A stretch of DNA of 64,000 bases from Eledone cirrhosa. Lineage: Eukaryota. Where the stretch lies: NCBI GenBank assembly GCA_964016885.1, contig OZ024743.1, forward strand, positions 82,212,001-82,276,000, read 5' to 3'. Position numbers and translations under genes: made by a program. This document shows, piece after piece, positions 12,801 through 25,300 of the stretch (position 1 is the first letter of the stretch; each line of letters begins with the position of its first letter). The notes beneath the pieces were generated by a model. That model ran no database searches. It had not been told where the DNA came from and saw nothing but the letters and a program-made list of their open reading frames with translations.

Positions 12801-15800
12801 TCTAGTGTTGTAGTGGTCCTGGGTCAGGTTATGTTACTGGAGTTATAGTGTTGTAGTGGTCCTGGGTCAGGTCAGGTTAGTGGAGTTCTAGTGCTGTAGT
12901 GGTCCTCGGTCAGGTTAGGTTACTGGAGTTATAGTGCTGTAGTGGTACTGGGTCAGGTTAGGTTACTGGAGTTATAGTGTTGTAGTGGTCCTGGGTCAGA
13001 TTAGGTTACTGGAGTTATAGTGCTGTAGTGGTCCTGGGTGAGGTTAGGTTACTGGAGTTATAGTGCTGTAGTGGTCCTGGGTCAGGTTACGTTACTGGAG
13101 TTATAGTGCTGTAGTGGTCCTGGGTCAGGTTAGGTTACTGGAGTTATAGTGCTGTAGTGGTCCTGGGTCAGGTTAGGTTACTTGAGTTATAGTGCTGTAG
13201 TGGTCCTGGGTCAGGTTAGGTTACTGGAGTTGTAGTGCTGTAGTGGTCCTGGGTGAGGTTAGGTTACTGGAGTTGTAGTGCTGTAGTGATCCTGGGTCAC
13301 GTTAGGTTACTGGATTTATAGTGCTGTAGTGGTCCTGGGTCAGGTTAGGTTACTGGAGTTATCGTGCTGTAGTGGTCCTGGGTCAGGTTAGGTTACTGGA
13401 GTTGTAGTGCTGTAGTGGTCCTGGGTGAGGTTAGGTTACTGGAGTTATAGTGCTGTAGTGGTCCTGGGTGAGGTTAGGTTACTGGAGTTATAGTGTTGTA
13501 GTGGTCCTGGGTCAGGTTAGGTTACTGGAGTTATAGTGCTGTAGTGGTCCTGGGTCAGGTAAGGTTACTGGAGTTATAGTGCTGTAGTGGTCCTGGGTCA
13601 GGTTAGGTTACTGGAGTTGTAGTGCTGTAGTGGTCCTGGGTGAGGTTAGGTTACTGGAGTTGTAGTGCTGTAGTGATCCTGGGTCAGGTTAGGTTACTGG
13701 AGTTATAGTGCTTTAGTGGTCCTGGGTCAGGTTAGGTTACTGGAGTTGTAGTGCTGTAGTGGTCCTGGCTGAGGTTAGGTTACTGGAGTTATAGTGCTGT
13801 AGTGGTCCTGGGTCAGGTTAGGTTACTAGAGTTATAGTGCTGTAGTGGTCCTGGGTCAGGTTAGGTTACTGGAGTTATAGTGCTGTAGTGGTCCTGGGTC
13901 AGGTTAGGTTACTGGAGTTGTAGTGCTGTAGTGATCCTGGGTCAGGTTAGGTTACTGGAGTTATAGTGCTGTAGTGGTCCTGGGTCAGGTTAGGTTACTG
14001 GACTTATAGTGCTGTAGTGGTCCTGGGTCAGGTTAGGTTACTGGAGTTATAGTGCTGTAGTGGTCCTGGGTCAGGTTAGGTTACTGGAGTTCTAGTGCTG
14101 TAGTGGTCCTGGGTCAGGTTAGTCTACTGGAGTTATAGTGCTGTAGTGGTCCTGGGTCAGGTTGGGTTACTGGAGTTGTAGTGCTGTAGTGATCCTGGGT
14201 CAGGTTAGGTTACTGGAGTTATAGTGCTGTAGTGGTCCTGGGTCAGGTTAGGTTACTGGAGTTATAGTGCTGTAGTGGTCCTGGGTCAGGTTAGGTTACT
14301 GGAGTTCTAGTGCTGTAGTGGTCCTGGGTCAGGTTAGGTTACTGGAGTTATAGTGCTGTAGTGGTCCTGGGTCAGGTTGGGTTACTGGAGTTGTAGTGCT
14401 GTAGTGATCCTGGGTCAGGTTAGGTTACTGGAGTTATAGTGCTGTAGTGGTCCTGGGTCAGGTTAGGTTACTGGAGTTGTAGTGCTGTAGTGATCCTGGG
14501 TCAGGTTCGGTTACTGGAGTTATAGTGCTGTAGTGGTCCTAGGTCAGGTTAGGTTACTGGAGTTATAGTGCTGTAGTGGTCCTGGGTCAGGTTAGGTTAC
14601 TGGAGTTATAGTGCTGTAGTGGCCCTGGGTCAGGTTAGGTTACTGGAGTTGTAGTGCTGTAGTGATCCTGGGTCAGGTTAGGTTACTGGAGTTATAGTGC
14701 TGTAGTGGTCCTGGGTGAGGTTAGGTTACTGGTGTTATAGTGCTGTAGTGGTCCTGGGTCAGGTTAGGTTACTGGAGTTATGTTGCTGTAGTGGTCCTGG
14801 GTCAGGTTAGGTTACTGGAGTTCTAGTGCTGTAGTGGTCCTGGGTGAGCTTAGGTTGCTGGAGTTATAGTGCTGTAGTGGTCCTGGGTCTGGTTAGGTTA
14901 CTGGAGTTATAGTGCTGTAGTGGTCCTGGGTCAGGTTAGGTTACTGGAGTTCTAGTGCTGTAGTGGTCCTGGGTGAAGTTAGGTTGCTGGAGTTATAGTG
15001 CTGTAGTGGTCCTGGATCAGGTTAGGTTACTGGAGTTATAGGGCTGTAGTGGTCCTGGGTCAGGTTAGGTTACTGGAGTTATAGTGCTGTAGTGGTCCTG
15101 GGTCAGGTTAGGTTACTGGAGTTATAGTGCTGTAGTGGTCCTGGGTCAGGTTAGGTTACTTGAGTTATAGTGCTGTAGTGGTCCTGGGTCAGGTTAGGTT
15201 ACTGGAGTTGTAGTGCTGTAGTGGTCCTGGGTGAGGTTAGGTTACTGGAGTTGTAGTGCTGTAGTGATCCTGGGTCACGTTAGGTTACTGGATTTATAGT
15301 GCTGTAGTGGTCCTGGGTCAGGTTAGGTTACTGGAGTTATCGTGCTGTAGTGGTCCTGGGTCAGGTTAGGTTACTGGAGTTGTAGTGCTGTAGTGGTCCT
15401 GGGTGAGGTTAGGTTACTGGAGTTATAGTGCTGTAGTGGTCCTGGGTGAGGTTAGGTTACTGGAGTTATAGTGTTGTAGTGGTCCTGGGTCAGGTTAGGT
15501 TACTGGAGTTATAGTGCTGTAGTGGTCCTGGGTCAGGTAAGGTTACTGGAGTTATAGTGCTGTAGTGGTCCTGGGTCAGGTTAGGTTACTGGAGTTGTAG
15601 TGCTGTAGTGGTCCTGGGTGAGGTTAGGTTACTGGAGTTGTAGTGCTGTAGTGATCCTGGGTCAGGTTAGGTTACTGGAGTTATAGTGCTGTAGTGGTCC
15701 TGGGTCAGGTTAGGTTACTGGAGTTGTAGTGCTGTAGTGGTCCTGGCTGAGGTTAGGTTACTGGAGTTATAGTGCTGTAGTGGTCCTGGGTCAGGTTAGG

Positions 15801-17620
15801 TTACTAGAGTTATAGTGCTGTAGTGGTCCTGGGTCAGGTTAGGTTACTGGAGTTATAGTGCTGTAGTGGTCCTGGGTCAGGTTAGGTTACTGGAGTTGTA
15901 GTGCTGTAGTGATCCTGGGTCAGGTTAGGTTACTGGAGTTATAGTGCTGTAGTGGTCCTGGGTCAGGTTAGGTTACTGGGCTTATAGTGCTGTAGTGGTC
16001 CTGGGTCAGGTTAGGTTACTGGAGTTATAGTGCTGTAGTGGTCCTGGGTCAGGTTAGGTTACTGGAGTTCTAGTGCTGTAGTGGTCCTGGGTCAGGTTAG
16101 TCTACTGGAGTTATAGTGCTGTAGTCGTCCTGGGTCAGGTTGGGTTACTGGAGTTGTAGTGCTGTAGTGATCCTGGGTCAGGTTAGGTTACTGGAGTTAT
16201 AGTGCTGTAGTGGTCCTGGGTCAGGTTAGGTTACTGGAGTTATAGTACTGTAGTGGTCCTGGGTCAGGTTAGGTTACTGGAGTTCTAGTGCTGTAGTGGT
16301 CCTGGGTCAGGTTAGGTTACTGGAGTTATAGAGCTGTAGTGGTCCTGGGTCAGGTTGGGTTACTGGAGTTGTAGTGCTGTAGTGATCCTGGGTCAGGTTA
16401 GGTTACTGGAGTTATAGTGCTGTAGTGGTCCTGGGTCAGGTTAGGTTACTGGAGTTGTAGTGCTGTAGTGATCCTGGGTCAGGTTAGGTTACTGGAGTTA
16501 TAGTGCTGTAGTGGTCCTAGGTCAGGTTAGGTTACTGGAGTTATAGTGCTGTAGTGGTCCTGGGTCAGGTTAGGTTACTGGAGTTATAGTGCTGTAGTGG
16601 TCCTGGGTCAGGTTGGGTTACTGGAGTTGTAGTGCTGTAGTGATCCTGGGTCAGGTTAGGTGACTGGAGTTATAATGCTGTAGTGGTCCTGGGTCAGGTT
16701 AGGTTACTGGAGTTATAGTGCTGTAGTGGCCCTGGGTCAGGTTAGGTTACTGGAGTTGTAGTGCTGTAGTGATCCTGGGTCAGGTTAGGTTACTGGAGTT
16801 ATAGTGCTGTAGTGGTCCTGGGTGAGGTTAGGTTACTGGTGTTATAGTGCTGTAGTGGTCCTGGGTCAGGTTAGGTTACTGGAGTTATGTTGCTGTAGTG
16901 GTCCTGGGTCAGGTTAGGTTATTGGAGTTCTAGTGCTGTAGTGGTGCTGGGTGAGCTTAGGTTGCTGGAGTTATAGTGCTGTAGTGGTCCTGGGTCTGGT
17001 TAGGTTACTGGAGTTATAGTGCTGTAGTGGTCCTGGGTCAGGTTAGGTTACTGGAGTTCTAGTGCTGTAGTGGTCCTGGGTGAAGTTAGGTTGATGGAGT
17101 TATAGTGCTGTAGTGGTCCTGGGTCAGGTTAGGTTACTGGAGTTATAGGGCTGTAGTGGTCCTGGGTCAGGTTAGGTTACTGGAGTTCTAGTGCTGTAGT
17201 GGTCCTGGGTGAGGTTAGGTTGCTGGAGTTATAGTGCTGTAGTGGTCCTGGGTGAGGTTAGGTTGTTGGAGTTATAGTGCTGTAGTGGTCCTGGGTCAGG
17301 TTGGGTTACTGGAGTTGTAGTGCTGTAGTGATCCTGGGTCAGGTTAGGTTAGTGGGGTTCTATTGTTGTAGTGGTTCTGGGTCAGGTTAGGTTACTAGAA
17401 TTCTAGTGTTGTAGTGGTCCTGGGTCAGGTTATGTTACTGGAGTTATAGTGTTGTAGTGGTCCTGGGTCAGGTCAGGTTACTGGAGTTCTAGTGCTGTAG
17501 TGGTCCTCGGTCAGGTTAGGTTACTGGAGTTATAGTGCTGTAGTGGTACTGGGTCAGGTTAGGTTACTGGAGTTATAGTGTTGTAGTGGTCCTGGGTCAG
17601 ATTAGGTTACTGGAGTTATA
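9850..17620 (+). repeat. 107-monomer (4601-bp offset) segmental duplication within the array
   Basis: Marker pairs 4601 bp apart: GGGCTTATAG about 11377/15978, GTGGGGTTCTATTG 12751/17352, CACG..GGATTT 10675/15276. Internal sub-offsets are 2623 (61 units) and 1978 (46 units). Boundaries are approximate. Confidence 0.85.
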
Positions 17621-19399
17621 GTGTTGTAGTGGTACTGGGTTAGGTTAGGTTAATGGAGTTATAGTGCTGTAGTGGCCCTGGGTCAGTTTGGGTTACTGGA
17701 GTTCTAGTGTTGTAGTGCTCCTGGGTCAGGTTAGGTTACTGGTGTTCTAGTGTTGTAGTGGTCCTGGGTCAGGTTGGGTTACTGGAGTTATAGTGTTGTA
17801 GTTATCCTGGGTCAGGTTACGTTACTGGAGTTCTAATGCTGTAGTGGCCCTGGGTCAGGTTAGGTTACTGGCGTTCTAGTGTTGTAGTGGTCCTGGGTCA
17901 GGTTGGGTTACTGGAGTTGTAGTGCTGTAGTGATCCTGGGTCAGGTTAGGTTACTGGAGTTATAGTGCTGTAGTGGTCCTGGGTCAGGTTAGGTTACTGG
18001 AGTTGTAGTGCTGTAGTGATCCTGGGTCAGGTTAGGTTACTGGAGTTATAGTGCTGTAGTGGTCCTAGGTCAGGTTAGGTTACTGGAGTTATAGTGCTGT
18101 AGTGGTCCTGGGTCAGGTTAGGTTACTGGAGTTATAGTGCTGTAGTGGTCCTGGGTCAGGTTGGGTTACTGGAGTTGTAGTGCTGTAGTGATCCTGGGTC
18201 AGGTTAGGTGACTGGAGTTACAATGCTGTAGTGGTCCTGGGTCAGGTTAGGTTACTGGAGTTATAGTGCTGTAGTGGCCCTGGGTCAGGTTAGGTTACTG
18301 GAGTTGTAGTGCTGTAGTGATCCTGGGTCAGGTTAGGTTACTGGAGTTATAGTGCTGTAGTGGTCCTGGGTGAGGTTAGGTTACTGGTGTTATAGTGCTG
18401 TAGTGGTCCTGGGTCAGGTTAGGTTACTGGAGTTATGTTGCTGTAGTGGTCCTGGGTCAGGTTAGGTTACTGGAGTTCTAGTGCTGTAGTGGTCCTGGGT
18501 GAGCTTAGGTTGCTGGAGTTATAGTGCTGTAGTGGTCCTGGGTCTGGTTAGGTTACTGGAGTTATAGTGCTGTAGTGGTCCTGGGTCAGGTTAGGTTATT
18601 GGAGTTCTAGTGCTGTAGTGGTCCTGGGTGAAGTTAGGTTGCTGGAGTTATAGTGCTGTAGTGGTCCTGGGTCAGGTTAGGTTACTGGAGTTATAGGGCT
18701 GTAGTGGTCCTGGGTCAGGTTAGGTTACTGGAGTTCTAGTGCTGTAGTGGTCCTGGGTGAGGTTAGGTTGATGGAGTTATAGTGCTGTAGTGGTCCTGGG
18801 TGAGGTTAGGTTGTTGGAGTTATAGTGCTGTAGTGGTCCTGGGTCAGGTTGGGTTACTGGAGTTGTAGTGCTGTAGTGATCCTGGGTCAGGTTAGGTTAG
18901 TGGGGTTCTATTGTTGTAGTCGTTCTGGGTCAGGTTAGGTTACTAGAGTTCTAGTGTTGTAGTGGTCCTGGGTCAGGTTATGTTACTGGAGTTATAGTGT
19001 TGTAGTGGTCCTGGGTCAGGTCAGGTTACTGGAGTTCTAGTGCTGTAGTGGTCCTGGGTCAGGTTAGGTTACTGGAGTTATAGTGTTGTAGTGGTCCTGG
19101 GTCAGATTAGGTTACTGGAGTTCTAGTGCTGTAGTGGTCCTGGGTCAGGTTGGGTTACTGGAGTTATAGTGCTGTAGTGGTACTGGGTTAGGTTAGGTTA
19201 ATGGAGTTATAGTGCTGTAGTGGCCCTGGGTCAGTTTGGGTTACTGGAGTTCTAGTGTTGTAGTGCTCCTGGGTCAGGTTAGGTTACTGGTGTTCTAGTG
19301 TTGTAGTGGTCCTGGGTCAGGTTGGGTTACTGGAGTTATAGTGTTGTAGTTATCCTGGGTCAGGTTACGTTACTGGAGTTCTAATGCTGTAGTGGCCCT

Positions 19400-22300
19400 G
19401 GGTCAGGTTAGGTTACTGGCGTTCTAGTGTTGTAGTGGTCCTGGGTCAGGTTAGATTACTGGAGTTATAGTGTTGTAGTGGTCCTGGGTCAGGTTAGGTT
19501 ACTGGAGTTTAGTGCTGTAGTGGCCCTGGGTCAGGATAGGTTACTGGAGTTCTAGTATTATAGTGGTCCTGGGTCAGGTTAGATTACTGGAGTTATAGTG
19601 TTATAGTGGTCCTGGGTCAGGTTAGGTTACTGGAGTTTAGTGCCGTAGTGGCCCTGGGTCAGGATAGGTTACTGGAGTTCTAGTGCTGTAGTGGCCCTGG
19701 CTCAGGTTAGGTTACTGGAGTTATAGTGTTGTAGTGGTCCTGGGTCAGGTTAGGTTACTGGGGTTCTAGTGTTGTAGTGGTTCTGGGTCAGGTTGGAATA
19801 CTGGAGTTCTAGTGTTGTAGTGGTCCTGGGTCAGGTTAGGTTACTGGAGTTATAGTGCTGTAGTGGTCCTGGGTCAGGATAGGTTACTGGAGTTATAGTG
19901 CTGTAGTGATCCTGGGTCAGGTTAGGTTACTGGAGTTATAGTGCTGTAGTGGTCCTGGGTCAGGTTAGGTTACTGGAGTTATAGTGCTGTAGTGGTCCTG
20001 GGTCAGGATAGGTTACTGGAGTTGTAGTGCTGTAGTGATCCTGGGTCAGGTTAGGTTACTGGAGTTATAGTGCTGTAGTGGTCCTGGGTGAGGTTAGGTT
20101 ACTGGTGTTATAGTGCTGTAGTGGTCCTGGGTCAGGTTAGGTTACTGGAGTTATAGTACTGTAGTGGTCCTGGGTCAGGTTAGGTTACTGGAGTTCTAGT
20201 GTTGTAGTGGTCCTGGGTGAGGTTAGGTTGCTGGAGTTCTAGTGCTGTAGTGGTCCTGGGTGAGCTTAGGTTGCTGGAGTTATAGTGCTGTAGTGGTCCT
20301 GGGTCTGGTTAGGTTACTGGAGTTATAGTACTGTAGTGGTCCTGGGTCAGGTTAGGTTACTGGAGTTCTAGTGTTGTAGTGGTCCTGGGTGAGGTTAGGT
20401 TGCTGGAGTTCTAGTGCTGTAGTGGTCCTGGGTGAGCTTAGGTTGCTGGAGTTATAGTGCTGTAGTGGTCCTGGGTCAGGTTAGGTTACTGGAGTTATGT
20501 TGCTGTAGTGGTCCTGATTCAGGTTAGGTTACTGGAGTTCTAGTGCTGTAGTGGTCCTGGGTGAGCTTAGGTTGCTGGAGTTATAGTGCTGTAGTGGTCC
20601 TGGGTCTGGTTAGGTTACTGGAGTTATAGTGCTGTAGTGGTCCTGGGTCAGGTTAGGTTACTGGAGTTCTAGTGCTGTAGTGGTCCTGGGTGAAGTTAGG
20701 TTGCTGGAGTTATAGTGCTGTAGTGGTCCTGGGTCAGGTTATGTTACTGGAGTTATAGGGCTGTAGTGGTCCTGGGTCAGGTTAGGTTACTGGAGTTCTA
20801 GTGCTGTAGTGGTCCTGGGTGAGGTTAGGTTGCTGGAGTTATAGTGCTGTAGTGGTCCGGGGTGAGGTTAGGTTGTTGGAGTTATAGTGCTGTAGTGGTC
20901 CTGGGTCAGGTTGGGTTACTGGAGTTGTAGTGCTGTAGTGATCCTGGGTCAGGTTAGGTTAGTGGGGTTCTATTGTTGTAGTCGTTCTGGGTCAGGTTAG
21001 GTTACTAGAGTTCTAGTGTTGTAGTGGTCCTGGGTCAGGTTATGTTACTGGAGTTATAGTGTTGTAGTGGTCCTGGGTCAGGTCAGGTTACTGGAGTTCT
21101 AGTGCTGTAGTGGTCCTGGGTCAGGTTAGGTTACTGGAGTTATAGTGCTGTAGTGGTACTGGGTCAGGTTAGGTTACTGGAGTTATAGTGTTGTAGTGGT
21201 CCTGGGTCAGATTAGGTTACTGGAGTTCTAGTGCTGTAGTGGTCCTGGGTCAGGTTGGGTTACTGGAGTTATAGTGCTGTAGTGGTACTGGGTTAGGTTA
21301 GGTTAATGGAGTTATAGTGCTGTAGTGGCCCTGGGTCAGTTTGGGTTACTGGAGTTCTAGTGTTGTAGTGCTCCTGGGTCAGGTTAGGTTACTGGTGTTC
21401 TAGTGTTGTAGTGGTCCTGGGTCAGGTTGGGTTACTGGAGTTATAGTGTTGTAGTTATCCTGGGTCAGGTTACGTTACTGGAGTTCTAATGCTGTAGTGG
21501 CCCTGGGTCAGGTTAGGTTACTGGCGTTCTAGTGTTGTAGTGGTCCTGGGTCAGGTTGGGTTACTGGAGTTGTAGTGCTGTAGTGATCCTGGGTCAGGTT
21601 AGGTTACTGGAGTTATAGTGCTGTAGTGGTCCTGGGTCAGGTTAGGTTACTGGAGTTGTAGTGCTGTAGTGATCCTGGGTCAGGTTAGGTTACTGGAGTT
21701 ATAGTGCTGTAGTGGTCCTAGGTCAGGTTAGGTTACTGGAGTTATAGTGCTGTAGTGGTCCTGGGTCAGGTTAGGTTACTGGAGTTATAGTGCTGTAGTG
21801 GTCCTGGGTCAGGTTGGGTTACTGGAGTTGTAGTGCTGTAGTGATCCTGGGTCAGGTTAGGTGACTGGAGTTATAATGCTGTAGTGGTCCTGGGTCAGGT
21901 TAGTTTACTGGAGTTATAGTGCTGTAGTGGCCCTGGGTCAGGTTAGGTTACTGGAGTTGTAGTGCTGTAGTGATCCTGGGTCAGGTTAGGTTACTGGAGT
22001 TATAGTGCTGTAGTGGTCCTGGGTGAGGTTAGGTTACTGGAGTTCTAGTGCTGTAGTGGTCCTGGGTGAGGTTAGGTTGCTGGAGTTATAGTGCTGTAGT
22101 AGTCCTGGGTGAGGTTAGGTTGTTGGAGTTATAGTGCTGTAGTGGTCCTGGGTCAGGTTGGGTTACTGGAGTTGTAGTGCTGTAGTGATCCTGGGTCAGG
22201 TTAGGTTAGTGGGGTTCTATTGTTGTAGTCGTTCTGGGTCAGGTTAGGTTACTAGAGTTCTAGTGTTGTAGTGGTCCTGGGTCAGGTTATGTTACTGGAG

Positions 22301-25300
22301 TTATAGTGTTGTAGTGGTCCTGGGTCAGGTCAGGTTACTGGAGTTCTAGTGCTGTAGTGGTCCTGGGTCAGGTTAGGTTACTGGAGTTATAGTGCTGTAG
22401 TGGTACTGGGTCAGGTTAGGTTACTGGAGTTATAGTGTTGTAGTGGTCCTGGGTCAGATTAGGTTACTGGAGTTCTAGTGCTGTAGTGGTCCTGGGTCAG
22501 GTTGGGTTACTGGAGTTATAGTGCTGTAGTGGTACTGGGTTAGGTTAGGTTAATGGAGTTATAGTGCTGTAGTGGCCCTGGGTCAGTTTGGGTTACTGGA
22601 GTTCTAGTGTTGTAGTGCTCCTGGGTCAGGTTAGGTTACTGGTGTTCTAGTGTTGTAGTGGTCCTGGGTCAGGTTGGGTTACTGGAGTTATAGTGTTGTA
22701 GTTATCCTGGGTCAGGTTACGTTACTGGAGTTCTAATGCTGTAGTGGCCCTGGGTCAGGTTAGGTTACTGGCGTTCTAGTGTTGTAGTGGTCCTGGGTCA
22801 GGTTAGATTACTGGAGTTATAGTGTTGTAGTGGTCCTGGTTCAGGTTAGGTTACTGGAGTTTACTGCTGTAGTGGCCCTGGGTCAGGATAGGTTACTGGA
22901 GTTCTAGTATTATAGTGGTCCTGGGTCAGGTTAGATTACTGGAGTTATAGTGTTATAGTGGTCCTGGGTCAGGTTAGGTTACTGGAGTTTAGTGCTGTAG
23001 TGGTACTGGGTCAGGTTAGGTTACTGGAGTTATAGTGTTGTAGTGGTCCTGGGTCAGGTTAGGTTACTGGGGTTCTAGTGTTGTAGTGGTTCTGGGTCAG
23101 GTTGGAATACTGGAGTTCTAGTGTTGTAGTGGTCCTGGGTCAGGTTAGGTTACTGGAGTTTAGTGCTGTAGTGGTCCTGGGTCAGGTTAGGTTACTGGAG
23201 TTGTAGTGCTGTAGTGATCCTGGGTCAGGTTAGGTTACTGGAGTTATAGTGCTGTAGTGGTCCTGGGTGAGGTTAGGTTACTGGTGTTATAGTGCTGTAG
23301 TGGTCCTGGGTCAGGTTAGGTTACTGGAGTTATGTTGCTGTAGTGGTCCTGGGTCAGGTTAGGTTACTGGAGTTCTAGTGCTGTAGTGGTCCTGGGTGAG
23401 CTTAGGTTGCTGGAGTTATAGTGCTGTAGTGGTCCTGGGTCTGGTTAGGTTACTGGAGTTATAGTGCTGTAGTGGTCCTGGGTCAGGTTAGGTTACTGGA
23501 GTTCTAGTGCTGTAGTGGTCCTGGGTGAAGTTAGGTTGCTGGAGTTATAGTGCTGTAGTGGTCCTGGGTCAGGTTAGGTTACTGGAGTTATAGGGCTGTA
23601 GTGGTCCTGGGTCAGGTTAGGTTACTGGAGTTCTAGTGCTGTAGTGGTCCTGGGTGAGGTTAGGTTGCTGGAGTTATAGTGCTGTAGTGGTCCTGGGTGA
23701 GGTTAGGTTGTTGGAGTTATAGTGCTGTAGTGGTCCTGGGTCAGGTTGGGTTACTGGAGTTGTAGTGCTGTAGTGATCCTGGGTCAGGTTAGGTTAGTGG
23801 GGTTCTATTGTTGTAGTGGTTCTGGGTCAGGTTAGGTTACTAGAGTTCTAGTGTTGTAGTGGTCCTGGGTCAGGTTATGTTACTGGAGTTATAGTGTTGT
23901 AGTGGTCCTGGGTCAGGTCAGGTTACTGGAGTTCTAGTGCTGTAGTGGTCCTGGGTCAGGTTAGGTTACTGGAGTTATAGTGCTGTAGTGGTACTGGGTC
24001 AGGTTAGGTTACTGGAGTTATAGTGTTGTAGTGGTCCTGTGTCAGATTAGGTTACTGGAGTTCTAGTGCTGTAGTGGTCCTGGGTCAGGTTGGGTTACTG
24101 GAGTTATAGTGCTGTAGTGGTACTGGGTTAGGTTAGGTTACTGGAGTTATAGTGCTGTAGTGGTCCTGGGTCAGGTTAGGTTACTGGAGTTATAGTGCTG
24201 TAGTGGTCCTGGGTCAGGTTGGGTTACTGGAGTTGTAGTGCTGTAGTGATCCTGGGTCAGGTTAGGTGACTGGAGTTATAATGCTGTAGTGATCCTGGGT
24301 GAGGTTAGGTTACTGGAGTTATAGTGCTGTAGTGCTCCTAGGTCAGGTTAGGTTACTGGAGTTATAGTGCTGTAGTGGTCCTGGGTCAGGTTAGGTTACT
24401 GGAGTTATAGTGCTGTAGTGGTCCTGGGTCAGGTTGGGTTACTGGAGTTGTAGTGCTGTAGTGATCCTGGGTCAGGTTAGGTGACTGGAGTTATAATGCT
24501 GTAGTGGTCCTGGGTCAGGTTAGGTTACTGGAGTTATAGTGCTGTAGTGGCCCTGGGTCAGGTTAGGTTACTGGAGTTGTAGTGCTGTAGTGATCCTGGG
24601 TCAGGTTAGGTTACTGGAGTTATAGTGCTGTAGTGGTCCTGGGTGAGGTTAGGTTACTGGTGTTATAGTGCTGTAGTGGTCCTGGGTCAGGTTAGGTTAC
24701 TGGAGTTATGTTGCTGTAGTGGTCCTGGGTCAGGTTATGTTACTGGAGTTCTAGTGCTGTAGTGGTCCTGGGTGAGCTTAGGTTGCTGGAGTTATAGTGC
24801 TGTAGTGGTCCTGGGTCTGGTTAGGTTACTGGAGTTATAGTGCTGTAGTGGTCCTGGGTCAGGTTAGGTTACTGGAGTTCTAGTGCTGTAGTGGTCCTGG
24901 GTGAAGTTAGGTTGCTGGAGTTATAGTGCTGTAGTGGTCCTGGGTCAGGTTAGGTTACTGGAGTTATAGGGCTGTAGTGGTCCTGGGTCAGGTTAGGTTA
25001 CTGGAGTTCTAGTGCTGTAGTGGTCCTGGGTGAGGTTAGGTTGCTGGAGTTATAGTGCTGTAGTGGTCCTGGGTGAGGTTAGGTTGTTGGAGTTATAGTG
25101 CTGTAGTGGTCCTGGGTCAGGTTGGGTTACTGGAGTTGTAGTGCTGTAGTGATCCTGGGTCAGGTTAGGTTAGTGGGGTTCTATTGTTGTAGTCGTTCTG
25201 GGTCAGGTTAGGTTACTAGAGTTCTAGTGTTGTAGTGGTCCTGGGTCAGGTTATGTTACTGGAGTTATAGTGTTGTAGTGGTCCTGGGTCAGGTCAGGTT

